The notes beneath the pieces were generated by a model that worked only from the letters and a program-made list of their open reading frames with translations, was not told the origin of the DNA and searched no databases. From a virus: a stretch of 64,000 bases of DNA. Numbering within the stretch: the first letter of the stretch is position 1; each line of letters opens with the position of its first letter. Positions 39,429 to 48,805 of the stretch are shown in pieces. Where the stretch lies: IMG/VR virus record IMGVR_UViG_3300029319_007985, positions 64,001 to 128,000 of that record. One strand, written 5' to 3'. Made by a program: the position numbers and the translations under genes.

Positions 39429-40039
39429 AAACTCCAGTAAACTTTTCAGATAAAGTGGCATATAGAATTACAATGTTCTTAAGGTGGACAGCAGACACCT
39501 TTTTCAAGAAGAGGTATGGACACAGAGCAGTTGTATTAGAGACCATTGCTGGTGTGCCTGGTATGGTCGCAGGTATGTGGAATCATTTAAGAAGTTTACG
39601 TAAAATGAAGCCAGATGACCGAGGGTGGATCAAAACTTTATTAGCAGAAGCAGAAAATGAACGTATGCATCTAATGATTTTTATTAGAATTGCAAAACCT
39701 AATTGGTTTGAACGTTGGATGATTATCACAGCGCAATTTATTTTCTGGCACTTCTATATGTTCTTATACATATTTTTTCCGCAATGCGCCCATAGGATGG
39801 TAGGTTATTTTGAAGAACAAGCCTGTATAAGTTACACAGAATATCTTAAAGAAATAGATGAAGGTAGGACAGAAAATATAAAGGCACCCAAAATTGCTAT
39901 TGATTATTACAACCTAAGTCAAGATGCAACATTACGTGATGTTGTCATAGCAGTACGAAAGGATGAAGAAGGACACAGAGATGTAAATCACGACATGGCA
40001 GATCAAATAAGAAGGAATAGGCACGGACTTATACATTAA
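39425..40039 (+). CDS. aox: Alternative oxidase (ubiquinol oxidase)
   Basis: [35 protein letters not shown] di-iron ligands. Confidence 0.93.
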   Translation: MKTPVNFSDKVAYRITMFLRWTADTFFKKRYGHRAVVLETIAGVPGMVAGMWNHLRSLRKMKPDDRGWIKTLLAEAENERMHLMIFIRIAKPNWFERWMIITAQFIFWHFYMFLYIFFPQCAHRMVGYFEEQACISYTEYLKEIDEGRTENIKAPKIAIDYYNLSQDATLRDVVIAVRKDEEGHRDVNHDMADQIRRNRHGLIH

Positions 40040-40053
40040 TGTTTAAATAGATT

Positions 40054-40557
40054 ATGATGCAAATTTTTATAAATCCATATCACACTCTTAACACTGTCAG
40101 CACTGATGTGGATCTTGAACAAGGTATTCAAGGTTATAGCGACATAGAAAGATTTGAAAAAGATATGATCAATCTTATGGTTGCATCCAAAGGTATTGGA
40201 TTGGCCGCAAACCAACTAGGCATTACCAAGCGATTTTTCTGTATTGGCTATGAATCATTTGACGTTTTTAAAAAACCTGTTATACTATGGAATCCATTGA
40301 TAGTTAGAAGTTCTGAAGAAACTGTCGAGGATGTTGAAGGTTGTTTAAGTTTTCCAGGCGTATGGTTAAAAGTTAGACGACCAAAAAAAGTCACTGTAAG
40401 ATGGCAGAATGTTAAAGGAGAAATTTGTATGCAACATTTAGATAATTTGGAAAGTAAATGTTTTCAGCATGAACTAGACCATATAGATGGCATAACATTT
40501 GACAAACGGGTCTCAAAATTAAAATGGGACATGGCTAAGAAGAAAGCAAAAAAATGA
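40054..40557 (+). CDS. def: Peptide deformylase
   Basis: GIGLAANQ, EGCLS, QHELDH. Confidence 0.93.
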   Translation: MMQIFINPYHTLNTVSTDVDLEQGIQGYSDIERFEKDMINLMVASKGIGLAANQLGITKRFFCIGYESFDVFKKPVILWNPLIVRSSEETVEDVEGCLSFPGVWLKVRRPKKVTVRWQNVKGEICMQHLDNLESKCFQHELDHIDGITFDKRVSKLKWDMAKKKAKK

Positions 40558-42860
40558 TTGAATCAACAGACGACCTAGAACACATATTCGAACAAGCAGT
40601 AAAAGAGGCCGAGTCAAGAAGGCACGAATACGTTACTATAGAACATTTGTTACTTGCTTTAGTAAAAGATAAAAACATAGGTACAATTTTAGTAGACTTT
40701 AAAGTAAATGTTGGAGCATTGATAAAGGATCTAGAAAACTATCTTGATGACGAAGTTAAAGACATCATTGTAAAAGATAAATCAAAACCCGTTAATCCAA
40801 GAAAAACTGCTTCATTAGAAAGACTTATGAATAGAGCCTTTACTCAAGCACTATTTCAAGGAAGACAAGATCTTAAGCCAATTGATATACTGTTGAGTAT
40901 TTTTGCAGAAAAAAGAAGTTACAGTGCATTTTTATTGAAAAAGTTTAATGTTAACAAAGATGATATTACAGATATGGTCTCAGCAGAAAACATTATTGAT
41001 GAATCTGCTTTTGGTGGCTCTGGTCCTGAACAAAAATTAAGACCAGATCAAGCCGATAAGATATTAAGAAATTATACGGAGAATTTGAATCAAAAGTATT
41101 TTGATAAAAAAATTGATCCTGTTATCGGTAGAGAAGAAGAACTTCTTACTATTAAACAAACTCTTGCAAGAAGAAATAAAAATAATGTTTTATTAGTTGG
41201 TGACCCAGGAGTGGGTAAGACTGCCGTGGTCGAAGGATTGGCAAGACGCATAGCAAAAAACAAAGAGGATGTGCCGGAATACTTGAAGGATCATATAGTT
41301 TATAGTCTTGATGTATCTGGAATGATTGCTGGATCAAAGTTTAGAGGAGATTTTGAAGAAAGGTTAAAACTAATTTTGAATGCGCTTGAGAAGAAAGGCA
41401 AAACTATACTTTTCGTTGACGAGGCCCATATGATGGTTGGTGCAGGTTCAACAGGACAAGGAGGAGTGGATCTAGCACAGATGATCAAGCCGGTATTGAC
41501 CAAAGGGTCAATAAAAGTAATCGCTTCAACAACATGGGAAGAATTTAGGAAATTTTTTGACAAAGATCGTGCTCTGATGAGAAGATTTCAAAGGGTACAA
41601 ATAGGAGAGCCGACAAACGAAACTTGTAACAAGATCATCAAAGGTGTAAAACAATATTATGAAAAGTTCCATGGTTGCACTATCACGGACGAAGCATGTG
41701 AAGACGCTGTAGAATATTCAAGTAAATTTATCGCTGATAAAAAATTACCAGACAAGGCAATAGACCTAATGGACTCTGCATGTGCCAGACTAAGATTAAA
41801 AGGCATCAAAAATGGAAAAATTGATCATGACGAAATCATACATGAGGTAAGCAAAGTCACAGGTATTTCAATTGAACAACTATCACAAAAACAAGCAACT
41901 AATTTAAAAACATTAGAAGAAAAAATGAAACTGCAGGTATTTGGACAGGACGAGGCAATCAACACTATCACTGATAAAATTTTAGTTGCTAGGGCAGGCC
42001 TTAAAAGTTTAAACAAACCTGTTGGTAGTTTCTTGTTTTTAGGTCCTACAGGGTGCGGAAAAACTGAGACTGCAAGGCAACTTGCTAAAACACTAGGAGT
42101 TGAATTGCTAAGGTTCGACATGTCTGAGTATCAAGAAAAGCATTCAATTGCCAAATTAATTGGATCACCGCCAGGATACGTTGGCTACGAGGATAGTAAC
42201 ATGGGTGGTGGTATGTTTATCAATGAAGTAGAAAAGAATCCACACGCAGTTGTGCTGTTTGACGAAGTTGAAAAAGCACACAGAGATGTTTCGAACATGC
42301 TTTTACAAGTAATGGACTACGGTACAGTTACTGGCTCTAATGGTAAAAAGGCAGACTGCAGAAATATAACCTTGATCCTGACCTCAAACTTGGGTGCCGA
42401 GGAAATGGAAAAAGCAACATTAGGATTTGGTGACACACAGAGAACTGAAGATGATGATGCAATGAAAAGATTCTTCCCTCCAGAATTTAGAAATAGACTG
42501 GATGCTGTGATCAAGTTCAGTAAATTAGGCAAGGATACAATGAAGAAGATTGTTGGTAAGTTTTTACAAGAACTTAACACAATGACTATTGAAAAAGGTG
42601 TAGAAGTAAATGCCTCGGATGATGCAGTGGACTATCTGATTGACAAAGGTTTTGATGCAAAACTAGGAGCAAGGCCATTAAGCAGAATTATCGATGACGA
42701 GATTAAGAATCCGTTATCAAAAATGATACTGTTTGGTGAACTACAAGAAGGTGGCAGAGTAGAAGTAGCAATCAAAGATGATAAAATAAAAATTGACTAT
42801 AAAAAACCTGTGTCAAAAGACAAACCTAAGACAGTAAAGGCCAATGCGAAAACATCATAA
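40554..42860 (+). CDS. clpA: ClpA AAA+ unfoldase
   Basis: N-domain, two Walker A motifs (GDPGVGKT, GPTGCGKT), no ClpB M-domain, LGF loop. Confidence 0.9.
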   Translation: MIESTDDLEHIFEQAVKEAESRRHEYVTIEHLLLALVKDKNIGTILVDFKVNVGALIKDLENYLDDEVKDIIVKDKSKPVNPRKTASLERLMNRAFTQALFQGRQDLKPIDILLSIFAEKRSYSAFLLKKFNVNKDDITDMVSAENIIDESAFGGSGPEQKLRPDQADKILRNYTENLNQKYFDKKIDPVIGREEELLTIKQTLARRNKNNVLLVGDPGVGKTAVVEGLARRIAKNKEDVPEYLKDHIVYSLDVSGMIAGSKFRGDFEERLKLILNALEKKGKTILFVDEAHMMVGAGSTGQGGVDLAQMIKPVLTKGSIKVIASTTWEEFRKFFDKDRALMRRFQRVQIGEPTNETCNKIIKGVKQYYEKFHGCTITDEACEDAVEYSSKFIADKKLPDKAIDLMDSACARLRLKGIKNGKIDHDEIIHEVSKVTGISIEQLSQKQATNLKTLEEKMKLQVFGQDEAINTITDKILVARAGLKSLNKPVGSFLFLGPTGCGKTETARQLAKTLGVELLRFDMSEYQEKHSIAKLIGSPPGYVGYEDSNMGGGMFINEVEKNPHAVVLFDEVEKAHRDVSNMLLQVMDYGTVTGSNGKKADCRNITLILTSNLGAEEMEKATLGFGDTQRTEDDDAMKRFFPPEFRNRLDAVIKFSKLGKDTMKKIVGKFLQELNTMTIEKGVEVNASDDAVDYLIDKGFDAKLGARPLSRIIDDEIKNPLSKMILFGELQEGGRVEVAIKDDKIKIDYKKPVSKDKPKTVKANAKTS

Positions 42861-43461
42861 TAGATTGTATTTTGGCAAGTATTCACACAAAGCAACTTTT
42901 AGATTACCAGGACTTAACATTTTGTACCCAACAAGCGACTATTATATTTCTAGAGCAATAAGATATAAGGATCAAAGTTCAGATATTGTAAGATTTGCAA
43001 AATATTTAATGGAACACAGATCACAGATGAAATTCAGACTACAAAACAGAAGTTGTATTTTTTATAGCAGTAAAAAAATAATTTTAGAATCCATCAGCAA
43101 ATTTTGGGACTTTTGGGTGGACATAACATCAACTGATCCAAAACTTTCAATTTCTACAAATGATGTGGTGGTCTGTAAAAGATTGCCGTTAGGCAAATAC
43201 AATTATCAAGTCCATACAAAAAGAAAAATGTATACAAGGTTAAGTGACGCACAAAGGAGACTGCTAAGGTCATATCTGACACAAAATGACGATAACGCCA
43301 CTGTAACAAATAAAAATCTGAAGGCATATCTTAGTCTTAATGGCTTTTGGAGTGCTGACGTTAATTCTTATTTTTATGTAAAAGATGAAAAGGCCCTTAC
43401 GCCAATCTACATGATATCTAAAGATATTGTCGACAGAGTAATTAAATTTGTGAAAGTATAA
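42844..43461 (+). CDS. Hypothetical phage protein
   Basis: 205-aa ORF. Confidence 0.6.
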   Translation: MRKHHNRLYFGKYSHKATFRLPGLNILYPTSDYYISRAIRYKDQSSDIVRFAKYLMEHRSQMKFRLQNRSCIFYSSKKIILESISKFWDFWVDITSTDPKLSISTNDVVVCKRLPLGKYNYQVHTKRKMYTRLSDAQRRLLRSYLTQNDDNATVTNKNLKAYLSLNGFWSADVNSYFYVKDEKALTPIYMISKDIVDRVIKFVKV

Positions 43462-43767
43462 ATGATAGACATAATAACTAAATTAAAAGATAAAAAAATT
43501 TTTAAAGTGGACAGTCTAATAGAAGCAGAAGTAACAAAGACGTTTATGGGATCACCGGTTAATAAAAAAATTACCCTAAGGGTAAAACATTTATTTGACA
43601 ACTATTGTTTGGCGGACGAGGAAAAGTCTTTAGACTACAAAGTGCCCATGAGAAAAATCAAATATGAAAAAATAAAATTAATTGATGGTATGTTACCCGT
43701 AGAGTTAGCGGCTGTGTATGGACTTGCTCCTAAAACCGAAAGATTCAAGACCCGCAAAGAACAATAA
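43462..43767 (+). CDS. Hypothetical phage protein
   Basis: IDGM.P..LA.VYG. Confidence 0.6.
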   Translation: MIDIITKLKDKKIFKVDSLIEAEVTKTFMGSPVNKKITLRVKHLFDNYCLADEEKSLDYKVPMRKIKYEKIKLIDGMLPVELAAVYGLAPKTERFKTRKEQ

Positions 43768-43777
43768 ATAACAGCAT

Positions 43778-44359
43778 ATGGCACAAACAAGTTTAACGAT
43801 ATCTGGACAAAAAACTTTCAAGTCAGCAATAACAGTGACTGAAGGTTGCACATTTACAAGCACCAGTGGCACAAACAAGATTGCGGCCGCTTCAACTAGC
43901 CTAGCCGCTCTTTCAGTTAGGGATTTAATCACAATCACAGGCACCACAAGTAACAATGCCACGTTTACTGTGAAAAGTGTAGATAGCAATGGTACATTTA
44001 TTACAGTTGAAGAAACTGTGACAGCAGAAACATCAGATGGATCCACAGACACAGTTTTAACTTATTCAGGATTTGTCACTGACAAATTCAAAGGAGATGG
44101 TTACTACTCCCAGACAGATGGAAACCATACCGTTGCTTATCATGTCACCACCAGTTGCACCGGTTCAATCAAAATGCAAGGTTCACTGGCAACAACTCCT
44201 ACAGAAGATGACTACTTTGATATTGACGGCACGACATTTACAACGGATCAAAGCACCACAATAAGTTCTGTAAACTTTACAGGAAACTTTGTTTGGGTAA
44301 GAGCAAAATGCACCGATAATACTGCCGGCGCAGTAAGTAAAATCCTATATAATAATTAA
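43778..44359 (+). CDS. Thr/Ser-rich putative virion protein
   Basis: TAAATA at 43765; GNFVWVRA. Confidence 0.6.
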   Translation: MAQTSLTISGQKTFKSAITVTEGCTFTSTSGTNKIAAASTSLAALSVRDLITITGTTSNNATFTVKSVDSNGTFITVEETVTAETSDGSTDTVLTYSGFVTDKFKGDGYYSQTDGNHTVAYHVTTSCTGSIKMQGSLATTPTEDDYFDIDGTTFTTDQSTTISSVNFTGNFVWVRAKCTDNTAGAVSKILYNN

Positions 44360-44363
44360 TCAA

Positions 44364-44391
44364 TTGACAATCTGCCATTATAGTATACAAT
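44364..44391 (+). promoter_or_regulatory. Sigma70-type promoter
   Basis: TTGACA-N16-TACAAT. Confidence 0.65.
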
Positions 44392-44401
44392 TATACTAAG
44401 C

Positions 44402-44590
44402 ATGGAACAGATAACAATAACTTGCACAGACAACGGAAAAACTAAAACTGCTGATGTTTTATCCAAATCGGACAAGTATCTAAAGGTAGTTGTGGAAGGA
44501 ACCACGATGACAATAGAACTGTCAAGATCGGATGTAAATAAACCGTATATCGGTACTAAAGCAGGTTTAGAATTTACGTATGGCGTCTGA
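44402..44590 (+). CDS. Small hypothetical protein
   Basis: 62 aa, directly behind a promoter. Confidence 0.65.
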   Translation: MEQITITCTDNGKTKTADVLSKSDKYLKVVVEGTTMTIELSRSDVNKPYIGTKAGLEFTYGV

Positions 44591-45062
44591 AAAACTAAAA
44601 TTTAAAATAGAATTATATAGCACACATTGGGATAAGGCTCCAGGTGCTGAGATATTCGTAAACAATAAATCATTTTACAAAGATAAAATTACAGGCACAG
44701 AAAAAAATCCTACCTTAATTGAATTTGAAGAACAATTAGAAGAAGGACAAAAATACAATTTCACTATCAAACGTACAGGAAAAGATCCCACCCAAACAAT
44801 TCTAGATAATGATAACAAAATTATAAAAGATCAATTGTTACACATTAAAAGCATAGAAATTGACGAAATCAATATAGGTTCATTAGTTTATGAAGGAGTT
44901 TATGCTCCAGAATATCCCGAACCATGGTACTCACAACAGGTCCAAAAAGGACAAACTCCAGACAAATCAATAAAAAATGTCACTGCTATGGGGCATAACG
45001 GCACCTGGACATTGGTTTTTGAATCACCTTTTTACATGTGGTTGCTAGAGAACCTGTATTAA
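44580..45062 (+). CDS. Hypothetical beta-rich protein
   Basis: Shares TGK and NGTWTL with the N-domain of 47429. Confidence 0.6.
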   Translation: MASEKLKFKIELYSTHWDKAPGAEIFVNNKSFYKDKITGTEKNPTLIEFEEQLEEGQKYNFTIKRTGKDPTQTILDNDNKIIKDQLLHIKSIEIDEINIGSLVYEGVYAPEYPEPWYSQQVQKGQTPDKSIKNVTAMGHNGTWTLVFESPFYMWLLENLY

Positions 45063-45074
45063 TAAATACTGCAT

Positions 45075-45512
45075 ATGAACACCTACGAAGACATTAAAAC
45101 ACTTATATCACGTTTAGACAGCATAGCCAAAGCACCGGAGTATCAACCATTCCCAGAAGCAGATGAATTCAATATCGAAGAAGATGAAGATTTTGAAGAA
45201 GTGTTAGGAGTGTTAGGTTTTCCAGAGGATGAAATATGGGAAGCGGAATATAGAGGTAGAAAAGTCAAACTAAACAAGCCTATGAGAGGCGATGTAAAAA
45301 AATTCAAAGTATTTGTAAAAGATCCAAAATCAGGCAACGTAAAAAAAGTTAACTTTGGTCACGGTGGAACTTCTGCCAAAAAATTAGGACAAAAAACAAT
45401 GCGTATCAGAAAGTCCGATCCAGCAAGACGTAGAAGTTTCAGAGCAAGACACAACTGTGCTAATCCAGGTCCAAAAACAAAGGCAAGATACTGGAGTTGC
45501 AGAAAATGGTAA
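45075..45512 (+). CDS. Putative internal head protein (acidic leader plus basic module)
   Basis: Acidic N-half, IWE|AEYRGRKVKLNKP, basic Cys/His C-half. Confidence 0.6.
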   Translation: MNTYEDIKTLISRLDSIAKAPEYQPFPEADEFNIEEDEDFEEVLGVLGFPEDEIWEAEYRGRKVKLNKPMRGDVKKFKVFVKDPKSGNVKKVNFGHGGTSAKKLGQKTMRIRKSDPARRRSFRARHNCANPGPKTKARYWSCRKW

Positions 45513-45865
45513 GGGCAGTCCAATTTATTAAAGAAGCCGTAGACTCTGATGCAATGAACGAGTTGAAGTTGTTCATCAACAATGATGAAGATCTATACAG
45601 AAAAAAGTTCATGCCAATTATAGCAAATATTAAAAGAAAAATAAAAAGAGGAGTTTACAATCATGAGATGGCTCCTAAATTATGGATGTATCTCGTTGAC
45701 GAAGCGGCAAGAAAATATGTAAAAGAATTTGGTTCTCCTGATCAAGACGTTGCTGATATGTTTCCAAAAGAATTACGCCAACAAATTGCAAAAGACATGG
45801 CTGACGAAGAACAAGAAAAAATAGAGGCAGGAGAATACGATGTTGTTAAAGGAACTATTTCTTAA
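45506..45865 (+). CDS. Putative internal head protein
   Basis: MVRAVQFIKE|A. Confidence 0.55.
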   Translation: MVRAVQFIKEAVDSDAMNELKLFINNDEDLYRKKFMPIIANIKRKIKRGVYNHEMAPKLWMYLVDEAARKYVKEFGSPDQDVADMFPKELRQQIAKDMADEEQEKIEAGEYDVVKGTIS

Positions 45866-47015
45866 CGAAGACGAAGGCAACATAGCCGTATTTGCTTTTG
45901 GAAGATTTAACCCACCCACAGTTGCACACCAAAAACTTATAAAACAAGTGCAGGATCTTGCCACAAAATTGAATGGCAGACCTTTTATTTTTTTAAGTCA
46001 TACACAAAACAATGCCACTGATCCTTTAAGTTTTCAAGAGAAGTTAGATTACATTGAAGGCGTGTATGGCAAAGACAAAGTTGTATTTGGAGATGCTGGC
46101 GTAAAGACAATAGTGCAAGTTCTACAAAAACTACAGGATGAAGGCAGAACAAAAGTTGTAATGGTTGCTGGCAGTGATCGGGTACAAAATTTCACAAAAC
46201 TGCTTGACCAATACAACAACAAACCTGACAAGTCAGGCAACATTCTTTACAACTTTGACAGCATAAGTGTGGTAAGTGCCGGACAGCGTGATCCTGATGC
46301 TGAAGGTATGTCGGGTGTGAGTGCCAGCAAGGCAAGAGAGTACGCCCAGGCAGATGATTTTGAAAATTTTAGTAAAATTGTAATGGGTGGTAAAGTTAGT
46401 GCCAAACTTTTCATGAAGATCAAGTCCAAGATGGGACAAAAGGTTGCAGTCAACAACGAAAAGTTGTATAATGAAGATATGGATGGTAAACCTACAGTGT
46501 ATCTTGACATGGATGGAGTACTGGCTGATTTCTTTGGCGGGGTCGAAAAACTGTATGGTGTGAGTCATTGGAAGGAACTTACATCTGATAAAACAAAAGA
46601 TCTCAAAGCAGAAGTGATCAACAGGATAACAGGTACTGATTTCTTTGCAACATTGCCTAAATTTAAATCCGCAGATGACCTAATACAACTTGTAAAGAAA
46701 TTCACTGGTGGAAAATTTTCAATAAACACATCACCACTTAGAGGTGACAATGAGAACTCCGGCAAGTATAAAAAAATATGGATCTCAAATAACATCGAAA
46801 AGCCAGACGAGATAGTGGTTACCGGTAGGAAAGAAACCTACGCCAAAGACAAGGCCTCCGGGACACCAAACATCCTCATAGATGATAGACCAGTCAACAT
46901 TGAACGTTGGGAGAATGCTGGCGGTCATGGAATTTTATATCAGGCCAATCGAGATCCGCTAACTAAAGTAGAGAAGGGATTACAAGATTATGGCAAGATA
47001 CGAGGGAATCAATAG
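45840..47015 (+). CDS. HIGH-type nucleotidyltransferase-like domain fused to HAD 5'(3')-nucleotidase
   Basis: FGRFNPPTVAH, AGSDR, SASKAR; YLDMDGVLADF, LIDD. Confidence 0.8.
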   Translation: MLLKELFLNEDEGNIAVFAFGRFNPPTVAHQKLIKQVQDLATKLNGRPFIFLSHTQNNATDPLSFQEKLDYIEGVYGKDKVVFGDAGVKTIVQVLQKLQDEGRTKVVMVAGSDRVQNFTKLLDQYNNKPDKSGNILYNFDSISVVSAGQRDPDAEGMSGVSASKAREYAQADDFENFSKIVMGGKVSAKLFMKIKSKMGQKVAVNNEKLYNEDMDGKPTVYLDMDGVLADFFGGVEKLYGVSHWKELTSDKTKDLKAEVINRITGTDFFATLPKFKSADDLIQLVKKFTGGKFSINTSPLRGDNENSGKYKKIWISNNIEKPDEIVVTGRKETYAKDKASGTPNILIDDRPVNIERWENAGGHGILYQANRDPLTKVEKGLQDYGKIRGNQ

Positions 47016-47238
47016 AAACTACGAAGCAGGTATTTGGAACAAAGAAGAAGGACCGTCTCCGGAACAAAAGAAGGCCGAAAGAGAAAGATTGATGAAAGAG
47101 TTCTTGGCCAAAGGCGGAAAGGTAGAAAAACTTGCTCCAGGCAACGCCAAAGTATATGGCTCATTGAACAAAGGTGGAAAACCTCCTTTCACTGACGCAC
47201 AGTTGAAAGCAAAATGGAGAGAGGAAAATGGATCTTGA
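46990..47238 (+). CDS. Hypothetical protein
   Basis: EFLAKGGKVEKL. Confidence 0.6.
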   Translation: MARYEGINRNYEAGIWNKEEGPSPEQKKAERERLMKEFLAKGGKVEKLAPGNAKVYGSLNKGGKPPFTDAQLKAKWREENGS

Positions 47239-47428
47239 TACCCTCAAAAGGCTGGCCGGCGTAGGGCACTCCACTAATATAAAAGAAAATCCTTCTATCA
47301 CAGGCACGGAGAAAGCAAAATATCAAAGAAAGCATAACATCGAACCTGGTTCCCAAGAATGGTTCAAACTTTGGTTCAGCCGTCCAAAAATGACTGGCGA
47401 GAACCCAATGCCAAAATCTAAAAAATAA
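47228..47428 (+). CDS. Putative internal head protein
   Basis: LKRLAGV, IKE|N, PGSQEWFKLWF. Confidence 0.55.
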   Translation: MDLDTLKRLAGVGHSTNIKENPSITGTEKAKYQRKHNIEPGSQEWFKLWFSRPKMTGENPMPKSKK

Positions 47429-47431
47429 TTG

Positions 47432-48409
47432 ATGAACTTTTTAGAAATATCGCTGAAAACAGAACACACTTCTGTTCCTGCCCACCTAAAAATATATTGC
47501 AGTGATGAATTAGTATTTGATGATCTTATCGATAAAAATTTGGTTATAAAGAAACAATTTGAAACGCCAAAAGTATTCGAACTAAAAATAATCAAAACTG
47601 GAAAAAACATAGATTTAGTAAAAAAAGATCACATACAAAAAGTACAGATAGAAAAAGTAAGTGTAAATGGTATCAATTTGAAAATAAATGAATTTGGCAA
47701 CTTTCAAGTGCATGATAATCCTTACGTTGATGATCACACTCTACAAACAGTTGATTTGAATCTTAACGGCACGTGGACACTGCAACTACAGGAACAAAAG
47801 TTGATCGGACAATTTGAACCAGCAAAAGCAAAGTTCAGAGATGCCATACAAGACTGTGATATCGCATGTTTTGGTTGTAGTCAAACGTATGGAGTTTTTT
47901 TAGACCATAACGAAACTTGGCCATATTTTTTAGGCAAAGAACTAGGACTCAACGTGAAGAATTTTGGAATACCAGGATCAAACTACAATGAGATGACTGC
48001 ATTCATGGAATACTATGTAAAAAATTACAAAGCCAAAACAATTTTGGCGCTATTCCCACATTCGTTCAGAAGACAATCTATTGATAATGGAAAGATTGAA
48101 CACATAGGTGCTGTGGATGAACGCAACAAACATTTAATTTTCCACGGAGAAGAACATTCCATTGTGAATCTGTCGATGTGTTTTCCTGCCTGGCTAGAAA
48201 GTGTTCATGATAATATTATGGTCAGTACCTATCAACGCAGTGAACACAATTTAATGATGCTTACAAATATTAAAAAGCACATGCTACCATACTTTGATTC
48301 AGATCCTTACCCTAAAGCAAGTGATGGGAAGCATTTTGGTGTAGAACATAACCTAAGTTACGCAAAAGCACTTGCAAAGCACATCAATCAGCAAACTACA
48401 TTCCAATAA
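47432..48409 (+). CDS. Beta-domain plus SGNH-like protein
   Basis: FGCSQTYG, NFGIPGSN, DGKHFG. Confidence 0.55.
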   Translation: MNFLEISLKTEHTSVPAHLKIYCSDELVFDDLIDKNLVIKKQFETPKVFELKIIKTGKNIDLVKKDHIQKVQIEKVSVNGINLKINEFGNFQVHDNPYVDDHTLQTVDLNLNGTWTLQLQEQKLIGQFEPAKAKFRDAIQDCDIACFGCSQTYGVFLDHNETWPYFLGKELGLNVKNFGIPGSNYNEMTAFMEYYVKNYKAKTILALFPHSFRRQSIDNGKIEHIGAVDERNKHLIFHGEEHSIVNLSMCFPAWLESVHDNIMVSTYQRSEHNLMMLTNIKKHMLPYFDSDPYPKASDGKHFGVEHNLSYAKALAKHINQQTTFQ

Positions 48410-48417
48410 ATACCTTT

Positions 48418-48546
48418 ATGAAAACATGGGAAATCACAGAAGGTACTAGATGCTGGAAAGGATATGAACGTAAAGGATTCAAAATACATCCTTTCTCAAA
48501 GAAACGTGTGCCCAACTGTGTGAAAAGAAAAGCCAAAAGAAAATAA
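48418..48546 (+). CDS. 42-aa basic peptide (CWKGY...VPNCV), absent from ORF track
   Basis: MKTWEITE|GTRCWKGY...; TAAATA 5 nt upstream; module recurs in 48802. Confidence 0.75.
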   Translation: MKTWEITEGTRCWKGYERKGFKIHPFSKKRVPNCVKRKAKRK

Positions 48547-48547
48547 A

Positions 48548-48805
48548 ATGAAAATTCGAGAGATCTTATACACCACAGATCGTAATTTGTTACAGCCTGA
48601 CATCAATAAAATAATAGACAAATATAGTAGCAGAGCAAAAAAGAGAAAATCAAACCTAGGATACCACAGCATGATGGCCTATCCGTTTAGAGTAGGAGAA
48701 GGTAAAAGTTGGAGTAAAAAATATAAGAAGTCTATCAACTGCAACAATCCAAAAGGCTTCTCACAGAAGGCCCACTGCGCAGGAAGAAAGAAAAAGAAAA
48801 AATGA
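48548..48805 (+). CDS. Putative internal head protein
   Basis: MKIREIL; VGE|GKSWSKKYKKSINCNNPKGFSQKAHC. Confidence 0.6.
   Translation: MKIREILYTTDRNLLQPDINKIIDKYSSRAKKRKSNLGYHSMMAYPFRVGEGKSWSKKYKKSINCNNPKGFSQKAHCAGRKKKKK

Noticed and set aside
29489-42860. Cellular or mitochondrial origin of petB, aox, clpA, dnaJ, def
   Set aside because: Genes overlap phage genes, lack their usual operon partners, read in the standard code and share the motif avoidance
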